Shown: positions 1 to 8,543 of the stretch, one piece after another | How the letters are laid out: each line of letters opens with the position of its first letter | Numbering within the stretch: the first letter of the stretch is position 1 | Assembly: GCA_021823625.1 (NCBI GenBank) | Contig: JAKANS010000001.1 | Span: 16,483-80,482, forward strand | Source: a bacterium | GTDB lineage: Bacteria > Verrucomicrobiota > Verrucomicrobiia > Limisphaerales > J093 | Direction of reading: 5' to 3' | Length of the DNA: 64,000 bases | The notes under the pieces: generated by a model | Told to the model about the DNA's origin: nothing | Database searches by the model: none | The model's input: only the letters and a program-made list of their open reading frames with translations | Position numbers and translations under genes: made by a program

Positions 1-340
1 CCGCCTCGACAACAACTCACCACTGAAGCGTCCAACCCCGCCGCTACAGACCATCGACGCCCAGGCGCAACGGTGGAGAGCCGCAGCAACGCAGGCTCGG
101 GAACGAAATCAGGCTCATCCTCTGCGTCTTCGCGCCTTGGCGGTAAGAACTGCCCGACATCCCCGTCGAAGGGCCGCGCAACAGCCGAAGCCGAGATGGA
201 CGACCCAGCCACCTTGAGAACCGCGGCGACATCAAATTGCGCGACATTTCGCACCGTTGAGCTGACTTGGGGATCCAGCAAACGCCTTCCCGGCCAGCAT
301 GCGGTTTGACTTGCGCGGGCGATGTTCTTAAGGTTCCGGC

Positions 341-544
341 ATGAACGCTGTCGAGGAACGCCGCCTCAAAAGCCTGTTGAAAGACGCCGTCGTCGAAGTT
401 CTCCAGGAACGTCACGATCTCCTGCGCGTGGCGGTGCAAGAAAGTCTGGAGGAGGTGGCCATGCTGAAAGCCATCCAAGACGGCGAGAAGACCCGCCTCA
501 CGAGTCGCAAACGAGTCTTTCAACAGCTCGCCCGCGCGGTGTGA
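341..544 (+). CDS. putative type II antitoxin (partner of RelE/ParE toxin)
   Basis: 67-aa ORF in track. Its TGA (542-544) overlaps the GTG (541) of the downstream toxin (GTGA coupling). Small, charged, helical-looking; no motif I can name. Confidence 0.55.
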   Translation: MNAVEERRLKSLLKDAVVEVLQERHDLLRVAVQESLEEVAMLKAIQDGEKTRLTSRKRVFQQLARAV

Positions 545-807
545 GGACGGCCTTTCGGGAATCCTTTGCCGCGGACCTCTCTGCCATTGCCGACGCCGCG
601 CTGCTGGCTCGGATCAAGAAGGTGATCGAGCAAGCAGAGGCCGCACGAACCTTCCAGCAGATTCCCAATCTCAAACGTCTCGCAGCCACCGGCAAATACT
701 ACCGCCTCCGCGTGGGGGATTACCGCATCGGTCTTGTTTTCGAGCGCGGCACGCTGACGTTCGTTCGCTGCCTCAACCGCCGGGAGGTTTACCGCTACTT
801 CCCGTGA
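541..807 (+). CDS. RelE/ParE-family type II toxin
   Basis: 88 aa from GTG 541 within ORF 322..807. The C-terminal ...GKYYRLRVGDYRIGLVFERGTLTFVRCLNRREVY... is the RelE/ParE core pattern. Confidence 0.75.
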   Translation: MRTAFRESFAADLSAIADAALLARIKKVIEQAEAARTFQQIPNLKRLAATGKYYRLRVGDYRIGLVFERGTLTFVRCLNRREVYRYFP

Positions 808-975
808 TGGTCGCGCCACCGAAACTCCTGCCGCAACCGGCGAAGATGGAAGCCGCGATGGACCAACCAGCCGCCACTGTGTGGAGCACTCGCACCGCCG
901 AACTTCGGACGCTTCAGTCCGGCTTGCCTGACCCGCGCGGAACGAACTCGCACTCCCTAAGCGCGGTCGCTGGGG

Positions 976-3900
976 TCACTTGCCTGGCGGGCGATTTGTG
1001 CGGCCGGCCCCTCCATCGGGCGCTGTTGGGGGTCGGGAGCCAGGCGAAGAGGAGCCGGGGGCGGACGAGCGACCCTGATACGTTCCGCCTTTGTATGTTC
1101 CACCTCGGACGCTGCCGCCCTGCACCGTTCCACCTTGGGAGCTTCCGCCGCCGTGACCCCATCCGCCTTGGGAGCTTCCACCTTGGACGCTTCCACCGCC
1201 ATGGACCGTTCCGCCTTGGTAGGTGGTCCCCTGATATGACGAGCCACCGGAATACGATGATCCTTTCGCAGTGATCGAGCCGGTCGCCGCGTCTGAGCCT
1301 CTGCCGGGTTGCAGGTCCAACACCAGTCGAAAACCGTAGGCATCGGACCGAACATCGCTCGAACGAGCGGCGCGATATGCCGTTTGCAGTTGTTCGCGGG
1401 GGTTGGGCCCCCAGGAGCCCCCGCCCAGGAAGTAACTTGGCTTTGCAGGCTGGCCCCCCTGCGATTGGGGGCCGCTGCCCCCCGTGTTCTCCGATGCGGA
1501 AGTATCCAAGACCTGCACCGGTAACGTGAGCACGCCCTTCAGCAGACCGCCAAGGCCGCTTGCCTTCGGGGGCGAGTTGATTCTTGCCAACTCCCCGGCC
1601 GTCGGCCTGTCTTCGCACCACTGCCACACATTGCCGCCGAGGTCGTAGATCCCGAACTGGTTCGGCGAGAAGCTGCCAACCGGCGCAGTGCGATGAAAGC
1701 CGTCGCGGTACCCGGCAATGCCGTACTTCGGGTGGTCGAACTCCTTGCCGGCGTAATTGCCTGCCCCCGGCGGTGGCGGCCACTGATTACCCCACGGGTA
1801 CAGGGAACCACCGCAGGCTTGCCTCCACTCGCTGCTTGTCGGGAGCCGATACGCTTGGTCCAACGCAATCACTTCCTCATTCCTCTCCTTTGCTGTGAGC
1901 CACTGACAAAACTCCTTGGCATCATCCCAACTCACGCCGACGACAGGATCATCCGGCGTTTGAACGAACCCTGGGCTGCGCCAACTGTTTTCCCGCCGCG
2001 CCCACCCTCGAGGTCCAATACACTCCATGCCGCTCGGGGTCTGGCGGCTGGTTGCCGTGGCGAACGCCTCGAAGTCCTTCACACGGGTGTCCCAAACGCA
2101 GAAGCCGACCGCCGTCCCGGGGACCGGCACGAATTTCGATCCCAAGCCGTTGGTCCACGAAGTACCGGCGCTTGGCCCCACCTTCTCCAGCGCAATGCGC
2201 AATGGAGCTTCGCGGTTCGCAATTATGCTGCCACGTAGCCTGGCTGCCTTGTAACCTTTAAGCTTCAGGTCGCAAATGATCTCGCCCGGCGGCAAGTCCG
2301 CGAGCGCCAAGGGCGTCACCCCCATTCCCTTCCCTGCAACGATGACCACCGCCCCGGCCGGCTGGCTGCTCACCTTTAAGCTGCCGGACGGAAACTGGAA
2401 ATCGGCCATCGCCCTGCCTCCCTGGTCAATCGTGATTCGCTTCGTCTGCTCAGGCCACCTGTCCCGCTTCACCGACACTTGGTATGTACCAGTCGGCAAG
2501 TCTTCAAGGGTCTGCGGCGTGCGACCGAATCGCTTACCGAACTCTCGATTCTCGATTTCGAATGCCACCCCTTCGGGTGTCGAGACGATCTTTGCAATGC
2601 CAACGCTGCGGACTAAACGAAGCACGCCCAAGTCAACCACATCGCTCCCTCGTATCCTGACCTCCCTTGTCAAAGGCTCATAACCATCCATCGAGACTTC
2701 TATCCGGTGGTTTCCCGAGGAGACATCTTCAAATGTCGCAGGGCTCTTTTGCGGTTCGGCGTTGTCGAGTCTCACCGTTGCTCCGGGTGGCTGGGTGCTT
2801 ACTTTCAAGCTGGCCACCGCATTTGCTGCCGTCTCCTCTGAACCGGAGGCGGACGCCTCACCCAAGACCATCCGAAACCCTACTCTGTCCTGGCGACCGT
2901 CGGAGGTGCCGTAGGCGCGGCACGACGACAAAAGGGTGTCGGGGTTGCTGTTGCCCCACGACCCACCGCGCAATACGTGGGTCCCGCTCTTTCCACCGTA
3001 GAAGTCTTCACACCACTCCCAGACATTTCCTGCCAAGTCATAAAGCCCATACTGGTTCGCTGCAAAACTCCCCACTGGTGACGCCGTCGCATACCCGTCG
3101 TCATAGCCTGCGATAACCGTCGAGCCAGAGAATTTCCGCCTCGCGCTCTCGTCCGCAAAATTGCCCGCGCCGCGCGGCGGCGGCCACTGCGCGCCCCAAG
3201 GATACACGCCTTGGACCTTGCTGTCGTGTCTCGGCGTCGTGTTTCCGCTTTCATTCTGCAACCCCACCGCCACGCCCCACTCCAGGTCCGTCGGCAGGCG
3301 ATACTCTTGGTTTGGCGCCAACTTGCCTTCGCCCCGCTCCTTCGCCGTCAGCCATCGGCAGAACGCTTTAGCATCTTCCCAACTCATGTTCACCACCGGA
3401 CAGTCGCTACCCGCTGTCACCAGCACGTTCTGGTACCGCGGACTCCGCCATGAGCCATCCACCCCGCCGTTCGCGCCGGCATACGCCGCATAGTCCTGCA
3501 CCCGCGTCTCCCCAATGCTGAACAGCGCCTTGGTGCCAGGTACCGGCGTGAAAACCATGCCCAAGCTGTTCGTCCACCACGCGCCCGGCGCCAGACTTTT
3601 CGGGGCTGCCACAACTGCCGATGGCACAGGCACCCGATTAGCCTCCCCGGCTGCGCTTTGTGCACCTTGCCGTTCCGTCGTCTCCCGGTTAATTGCGGCA
3701 ACGATTTGGAGCAATATTAGGAGGCTCCACACGCCACCTACGAGGGTGCCGACGACTGCCTTCCACATTCCCACTTGGCTTTGGCAAAAGCCATATTCAC
3801 TAAGCGACCGGATGCCGTACGTTAGACCAACTGGTGACAACGGAACACATAGTAAGCCCCAAAGGGACAAGCGAAGTGAGGCATTCCCCCATCGGGGAGC

Positions 3901-5397
3901 TCGCTCAGCCGCCAAGGGAGCTCGGCGGGCAATTTCTGTGGCCTTCTCCGCTGCCGCCTGTTCTGCGAGCAGGAAAGCCCTCTCCACGGTTTTCGCCTGA
4001 CTCAAACGGGAGACGTAGTCCGAATAGCTCCCGGTTTCCTCGAACGTCGCTTGACCGCGGCTAAGCAATTCCTCCGCGTGAGACAACGCACGCCAAGCAT
4101 GTTGTTGCATGGCGCGGAGGTTCCTTTCGCGACATCTGTTTGCCGCCGCAAGTGCTTCGTTAAACTCGATGCGCAAACCGGTCTCCTGCTTTTCTGTGGC
4201 TAGGTTGGCAAGCGAAACCGCTTGCGCCGCCCGTTGCTCTGCGTCCAAGTAGCCTTCAAATGTCTGCTGGTCACGGAAAGTGGACGCTTGCCCAAGCGCA
4301 GCCAGGCTGGCGTCCCATTCTTTCAGCGCTCTCTCATTTGCGTGCCATTCTCGCATCGTATCCACTGCTGCTGTCGCCTCGGAAATCCGCAACGCCACCT
4401 GCTGGCGTGAATTCTCGAATTGCTGGTGTGTCACGTGCTGTGAACGTTCGGATGCCAGAAGCAGGATGGCCTCGAAGTCTTGCTGATTCTCCTGTGTCAG
4501 GAGTTTGGCGAGTACTGGATTCCGGCTGGTGTGTAGGGCTTTCCGGAGCTCAAGCAACTCGGACTTCAGTAAGCTAGCACCCCCGCCTGGTTCCCCGGGT
4601 GCGAGGACCAGCACTGGCGGCCTCATCTCGACCTTGGGAACCACCCGGCCACTAAGCGAAAGGGTGACCAGTGGTACTCGCGGGCTGGAAGTGCGCACGT
4701 GCACGACATCGCTGTATGTTTCGCTGTGTGTGACTTCCGGCGCATGGAATATAGCGGTGACCAACAGGCCCTGGACCTTCACCTCGAACGGGCCCCGCCA
4801 CGTCTGAGTGGAGGTCAGGGCCAAGTTTCGCAGGGCTCGCGCCTGGAAGATCACCGTTTCCGTGGCCCGCTCGCCCGGGCTGAGCTTCCCGAATTGGACG
4901 TTCCTGGGTTCGTATGAAAAGTCCGGGATCACTTCCGCTCGCAGGCGGCCAACTACGATGTAATTCGTGGTGCTCACCCGCAGGACCGCCTCCACTGCGG
5001 TGGTAATCGGGCCATTCCGGCCAGCGGTGTTGAGGCGGACTGCCACCGGGATTTCGCCCTGCGGGGCGAGGATTTCTCCCAGTATGTTCGTGAATACCAG
5101 CGTGCAGGCGCAATCCGTTCGCAGCGCCACCATCCGCAGCTTCATCTCGCTCCGATTCCGCAGGGGAAAGGTCCGCACGACCGTCTCGTTCTGTAAAACC
5201 TTGCCGGCGTCGAGCTCGTCCGGGTCAAAAGCCACAGGGGGCAGCAGTCGCGCCAGCGGCACGCTATCCGCCGGTGCTCCTGCCGGCTTAGCGGGATGGG
5301 GTCTGGACAGCCGTGGGGCAACGAAAAAGAGGAATCCGATGATGCAGACGCCGAGAAGACAACCCAGTATTCTTGCCGATCTACTCAACTCAGCCAC
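976..5397 (-). CDS. giant membrane-anchored multidomain protein (2x DUF1573-like, coiled coil, TM hairpin, 2x FGE-sulfatase/SUMF1 domains, 3x PEGA, Gly-rich tail)
   Basis: 1473-aa ORF with GTG start and GGGAG about 10 nt upstream. N-terminal TM (ILGCLLGVCIIGFLFFV). FGE-sulfatase signatures LAGNVWEWCEDF...LRGGSWG and LGGNVWQWCED...LGGGSWG. PEGA-like modules lie between them. Hydrophobic pair LSLWGLLCVPL / AVVGTLVGGVWSLLILLQIVAAI. Confidence 0.85.
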   Translation of the reverse strand: MAELSRSARILGCLLGVCIIGFLFFVAPRLSRPHPAKPAGAPADSVPLARLLPPVAFDPDELDAGKVLQNETVVRTFPLRNRSEMKLRMVALRTDCACTLVFTNILGEILAPQGEIPVAVRLNTAGRNGPITTAVEAVLRVSTTNYIVVGRLRAEVIPDFSYEPRNVQFGKLSPGERATETVIFQARALRNLALTSTQTWRGPFEVKVQGLLVTAIFHAPEVTHSETYSDVVHVRTSSPRVPLVTLSLSGRVVPKVEMRPPVLVLAPGEPGGGASLLKSELLELRKALHTSRNPVLAKLLTQENQQDFEAILLLASERSQHVTHQQFENSRQQVALRISEATAAVDTMREWHANERALKEWDASLAALGQASTFRDQQTFEGYLDAEQRAAQAVSLANLATEKQETGLRIEFNEALAAANRCRERNLRAMQQHAWRALSHAEELLSRGQATFEETGSYSDYVSRLSQAKTVERAFLLAEQAAAEKATEIARRAPLAAERAPRWGNASLRLSLWGLLCVPLSPVGLTYGIRSLSEYGFCQSQVGMWKAVVGTLVGGVWSLLILLQIVAAINRETTERQGAQSAAGEANRVPVPSAVVAAPKSLAPGAWWTNSLGMVFTPVPGTKALFSIGETRVQDYAAYAGANGGVDGSWRSPRYQNVLVTAGSDCPVVNMSWEDAKAFCRWLTAKERGEGKLAPNQEYRLPTDLEWGVAVGLQNESGNTTPRHDSKVQGVYPWGAQWPPPRGAGNFADESARRKFSGSTVIAGYDDGYATASPVGSFAANQYGLYDLAGNVWEWCEDFYGGKSGTHVLRGGSWGNSNPDTLLSSCRAYGTSDGRQDRVGFRMVLGEASASGSEETAANAVASLKVSTQPPGATVRLDNAEPQKSPATFEDVSSGNHRIEVSMDGYEPLTREVRIRGSDVVDLGVLRLVRSVGIAKIVSTPEGVAFEIENREFGKRFGRTPQTLEDLPTGTYQVSVKRDRWPEQTKRITIDQGGRAMADFQFPSGSLKVSSQPAGAVVIVAGKGMGVTPLALADLPPGEIICDLKLKGYKAARLRGSIIANREAPLRIALEKVGPSAGTSWTNGLGSKFVPVPGTAVGFCVWDTRVKDFEAFATATSRQTPSGMECIGPRGWARRENSWRSPGFVQTPDDPVVGVSWDDAKEFCQWLTAKERNEEVIALDQAYRLPTSSEWRQACGGSLYPWGNQWPPPPGAGNYAGKEFDHPKYGIAGYRDGFHRTAPVGSFSPNQFGIYDLGGNVWQWCEDRPTAGELARINSPPKASGLGGLLKGVLTLPVQVLDTSASENTGGSGPQSQGGQPAKPSYFLGGGSWGPNPREQLQTAYRAARSSDVRSDAYGFRLVLDLQPGRGSDAATGSITAKGSSYSGGSSYQGTTYQGGTVHGGGSVQGGSSQGGWGHGGGSSQGGTVQGGSVRGGTYKGGTYQGRSSAPGSSSPGSRPPTAPDGGAGRTNRPPGK
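1063..1260 (-). repeat. in-frame tandem pentapeptide repeat G-G-x-x-[QHRK], about 11 units, in the C-terminal tail of the giant protein
   Basis: Translation SSYSGGSSYQGTTYQGGTVHGGGSVQGGSSQGGWGHGGGSSQGGTVQGGSVRGGTYKGGTYQG. The DNA shows a recurring ccaccttgg/gcttcc periodicity. Confidence 0.8.
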
Positions 5398-5433
5398 CCT
5401 GACCTGACTCCCGCCCGCTTGGCAGCTTCACCT

Positions 5434-5950
5434 TCATGCGTGGCTCTGTGCGTTCGTGGTCTCGTGCCCGGGGCGGTCGGTGGCGGTTACCTCAATCGAC
5501 ACCTGCTGGCCGGCCGGCAGCGCGGCCTTCGTGACGTGGTTCCAAGCGCCGTCGCTCGCCGTGCTCCAACGCCGTGCCGCCGGCCCCGGTGATGCTCACC
5601 TCCACGCCCGTCGCCACGAAGGCGTCACTGGCCCGGAAGCGCCTCGCCGCCCCTGCTTGGCCCGTGTAACCGGAGAGATCGATCGGGGCCACCGCGGGCG
5701 CAAGTTGGGTTCGCTCTGCAAGCGAGGAGTCTTGCGGGCGCTTGGCGGGGGAAAGCCAAGGCAAAGCCGGCACCTCGCCCCGCCGCGGGTGGCGGCAGCC
5801 CTCCGCCCGGGACTCAGTTCGCTCTGCTGCGCCTTGCAGCGGGAAAGCGCGGGGCGGCTGTACCGCCGCTGGGGAACCGGTTTCCCACGCCAAACCGTCT
5901 TGCGCCGGGTGGTTTCGCTCCCATCCAGTCTGTTTGTCGCCGGCAGTCAT
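5434..5950 (-). pseudogene. hypothetical small beta-rich protein with an apparent 1-nt frameshift near 5555-5560
   Basis: ORF 5492..5950 has high third-position GC up to ...GGTALEHG. Downstream, the alternate frame (ASDGAWNHVTKAALPAGQQVSIEVTATDRPGHE..., stop 5434-5436) has 34/39 GC3, versus 10/20 in the track frame. Confidence 0.3.
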
Positions 5951-6156
5951 CTAATTCTTCCGGTTCGTCCCCGGTGAACGGGTGAACGCGGGTAGCACAA
6001 GGGGTGGAAAAGTGTCAACCGATTTTTTCGAGATCTTTTCGCGCGCGGCGGTGGCAGCAGTGTCTCGCTAAACCGCTGCCGCGACTCGAGGCGAGTAGCA
6101 GGCAGCCCGCCGCACCTGTGAATGCCCAAGGAGACGAGAAGACACCGCGAACGCGT

Positions 6157-6253
6157 GAGGAACGCAGGATTGGCGTGACCGCCGTCTTTTGGCTTCCGGC
6201 CTTCCTGGCTTCCAAACTCAACCTCCGCGCCTTTGCGTCTCGGCGGTTGAAAA
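6157..6253 (+). repeat. hairpin repeat family, copy I (related to 53950..54056)
   Basis: gaggaacgcagga ... ttcctggcttccaaactcaacctcc gcgcctttgcgtctcggcgg. The right arm plus tail aligns 32/45 by hand with copy II. Confidence 0.5.
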
Positions 6254-6323
6254 GGCGGGGCTCGCCCGGAGCCTCACCCTCCCGGCGCGCCGGTTCACGA
6301 GCGCTCTCCGGCGCCGGCCCGGC

Positions 6324-7643
6324 TCACTGGTACAGCGCCAGGAACTGCTGGCGGTAGGCCGCCTCCTGTTCGGGCAGGCGCTGGCGGAGCTGGGCCTTGG
6401 GCAGGGCGCCGTGCTGGAACCGGCGTTTCTCGAACACCGGCATGTCCAGACCGGTGATGGCCTTGATGCCGCGCGCCACCACTTCGCCCTTGAGCGCGTA
6501 CAACCGCGCCACGTCCATTTCAGTCAGCGCAGAGAACGGAATGCCTTCCGCCACCTCGACCACGCCGGGCCGTGTGAACGGGCTGAAGCCCTCGAATCCA
6601 AAGTGCCGCGCCGGCGCATAAGTGCGGGCGTAGCTGCGGCTCAACCCGCCGCTGTACGTGAGCGAGTGTTTGATGCGGCCCACGCCCCAGCCCTCGTGAT
6701 AGAGCATGAGATTGTTCACCACGCTGCGGATCGTGAGTTCCGGATTTTCCTCGATCGGATAGTCCTTGAGGTTTTCGTCACCGCCGTCGCCGTCGAGGAG
6801 GTACTTCCAATCCGGATAACGTGCGCGGATGCCGCGGCACAGCGCCAGCACCATGCTGGCCGCTTCGATGTCGAGCGGTTTGTAATCCTCCACCACGCGG
6901 ATCGTCTCCGCCGGATCGAGCGACGCGAGTTCGGCTTCGATCGGTTCGAGGAACAGGCCGAGACCAAGCCGGTCCAGGAACGTGCGGGCCTGCTTCAAGT
7001 CCGGGCCTTCGCCGAAACTGAGCGTAAACGCCTTGAGCCGCGCCGGGCTGAGGCCCAGTAGGCGCATCACGTGGTACGTCGTGAGAAAGACCGCGCCGCT
7101 GTCGATGCCGCCCGAAAAGCACACGCCGACCGGCTCGCGCTCCGGCACGGTGCGGAGCCACTTCGCGATCTCGTCCGCGAGCGCGCCGATGTAGCGCCGG
7201 CCGATCTCGTCCAAGTCGGTGGAGAAACGGTTCCGCTCCGGCGTAAAAAAGCGCGTGTAAGTCGGGTCGGGATCGGGGCAACCGAGAAGCTGGATTTCCA
7301 CGACGTAATGCGCGGGCACCATGCGCGTGTAGCTGGGATGAAACTGGCCGTCCAAGCCCTCGGCCGCGAGCGCGTCGCGAATCCGGTCCATGCGGTCGGC
7401 GACGACCAAGGCCGGGCCTTCGGCGCGCTTGGCGAGGAAGTAGCGCATCGGCCGGTCGAGCGACCGCGCCATGCGCACGGTCTTGCCGTCGCGGGCGAGC
7501 AAGGCGAAGGAGCCGTCGATCTCGCGCACGGCTTGGGGCCGGCCGCTGAGCACGCGGGCGCGGGCTTCTTCGAGGGTGACGTTGTACAGGCGGTTCAGGC
7601 TCGGATCGAGCAGGTCCACCACGCGTTCAATGTATTGGTCCAT
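6324..7643 (-). CDS. asparagine synthase-like PP-loop ATP pyrophosphatase without an N-terminal glutaminase nucleophile
   Basis: 439 aa. PP-loop VGVCFSGGIDSGAVF. C-terminal KYLLDGDGGDENLKDYP. Starts MDQYIE (no Cys2). Confidence 0.8.
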   Translation of the reverse strand: MDQYIERVVDLLDPSLNRLYNVTLEEARARVLSGRPQAVREIDGSFALLARDGKTVRMARSLDRPMRYFLAKRAEGPALVVADRMDRIRDALAAEGLDGQFHPSYTRMVPAHYVVEIQLLGCPDPDPTYTRFFTPERNRFSTDLDEIGRRYIGALADEIAKWLRTVPEREPVGVCFSGGIDSGAVFLTTYHVMRLLGLSPARLKAFTLSFGEGPDLKQARTFLDRLGLGLFLEPIEAELASLDPAETIRVVEDYKPLDIEAASMVLALCRGIRARYPDWKYLLDGDGGDENLKDYPIEENPELTIRSVVNNLMLYHEGWGVGRIKHSLTYSGGLSRSYARTYAPARHFGFEGFSPFTRPGVVEVAEGIPFSALTEMDVARLYALKGEVVARGIKAITGLDMPVFEKRRFQHGALPKAQLRQRLPEQEAAYRQQFLALYQ

Positions 7644-7789
7644 AGGTCAGGGCGAAGTGCCGGCGAGCGTACGGGCGGGGAACCCGTTTGGCAACCCGCC
7701 GCCGCGTAAACGTTCGGCCCCCATCCTCGCCGAGGAGCCGGAAAACTTGTCCGGTGGGTGAAGCGCGCGCGACCGGGTCGAACGTGGAC

Positions 7790-7825
7790 CAATTTATGTC
7801 GCAATTGCGACATTTTTTGCACCAT
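7790..7825 (+). promoter_or_regulatory. conserved 36-nt block: perfect 16-bp palindrome TGTCGCAATTGCGACA (7797-7812) followed by T6 (copy 1)
   Basis: 33/36 identical to 33647..33682. Either an operator or a plus-strand intrinsic terminator hairpin. Confidence 0.5.
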
Positions 7826-7832
7826 CCAAGTA

Positions 7833-7913
7833 AACGGCGTGCGACCCAGTCGCAGGCCAGCCGCGGCCACGCCTGCAACCGGCGGCGGATCGCGGGTGAC
7901 ACCACCGCGCGTC
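7833..7913 (+). repeat. degenerate copy of the A/B-module structured repeat
   Basis: aacggcgtgcgaccc..gcaggcc.. and gcgggtgacaccaccgcgc resemble modules A and B of 29884..29989 and 33478..33618. Confidence 0.3.
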
Positions 7914-8003
7914 GCTTCGCGCAAGATTCGGGTTCGGAAAAGACGGGACAAGCCATCGCGTCGCGGTTACGAATGGCTGCGCCGAAGAATACACCGGCGC
8001 GCC

Positions 8004-8543
8004 ATGCTCAAACCCGACCAAACCGTCCTCGTCCTGATCGACATCCAAGGCAGGCTTGCCCAACTCATGCATGAGCGGGAGGCGCTCTTTGCGAACCTTC
8101 AGCGCCTGGTGAAAGGCGTGCAGGCGCTGAGCCTGCCGATTCTGTGGCTGGAGCAATATCCACAAGGCCTCGGCCCGACCATCCCCGAGGTAGCGGAGCT
8201 GTTGCCGGATCTGCACCCGGTCGCCAAAACGTGCTTCAGCGCGTGCGGCAGCGAGGCGTTCCTGGCGCAACTGACCGGCACCGAGCGCAAACAAGTGTTG
8301 CTCGCCGGCATTGAGGCGCACGTGTGCGTCTATCAAACCGCGATGGATTTGCAGGCTGCCGGCTACGAGGTCGAGGTTGTTGCCGACGCGGTGTCGTCAC
8401 GCACTGCAACCAATCGCGACTTGGGCCTGCAACGGATGCACGACGCCGGGGCGCGGTGGACCAGCGTGGAGATGGCGCTGTTCGAGCTCTTGCGAACCGC
8501 GCAGGCGCCGACCTTTAAAGAAATCGCGCGGCTGGTTAAGTAG
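8004..8543 (+). CDS. isochorismatase-family hydrolase
   Basis: 179 aa from ATG 8004. Motifs TVLVLIDIQ and LAGIEAHVCVYQTA (catalytic Cys context). Confidence 0.85.
   Translation: MLKPDQTVLVLIDIQGRLAQLMHEREALFANLQRLVKGVQALSLPILWLEQYPQGLGPTIPEVAELLPDLHPVAKTCFSACGSEAFLAQLTGTERKQVLLAGIEAHVCVYQTAMDLQAAGYEVEVVADAVSSRTATNRDLGLQRMHDAGARWTSVEMALFELLRTAQAPTFKEIARLVK

Noticed and set aside
226-255. Possible third copy of the palindrome block upstream of the first TA module (GCGACATCAAATTGCGCGACATTTCGCACC).
   Set aside because: Only the right half (AATTGCG..ACATTT..GCACC) is similar. The left half is a direct GCGACAT repeat rather than an inverted one, and there is no T6. This is too degenerate to call.
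1-340. Coding potential at the window start (ORFs 44..523(-) and 73..309(+)).
   Set aside because: Third-position GC is only moderate in every frame, there are no motifs, and the region is truncated by the window edge.
7780-7830. Possible conserved micro-ORF on the minus strand across the 36-nt block (MVQKMSQLRHKL.. versus MAQKMSQLRQKL..).
   Set aside because: All differences between the two copies change the amino acid, and the downstream peptide sequences are unrelated. The conservation is at the DNA/RNA level, not protein.
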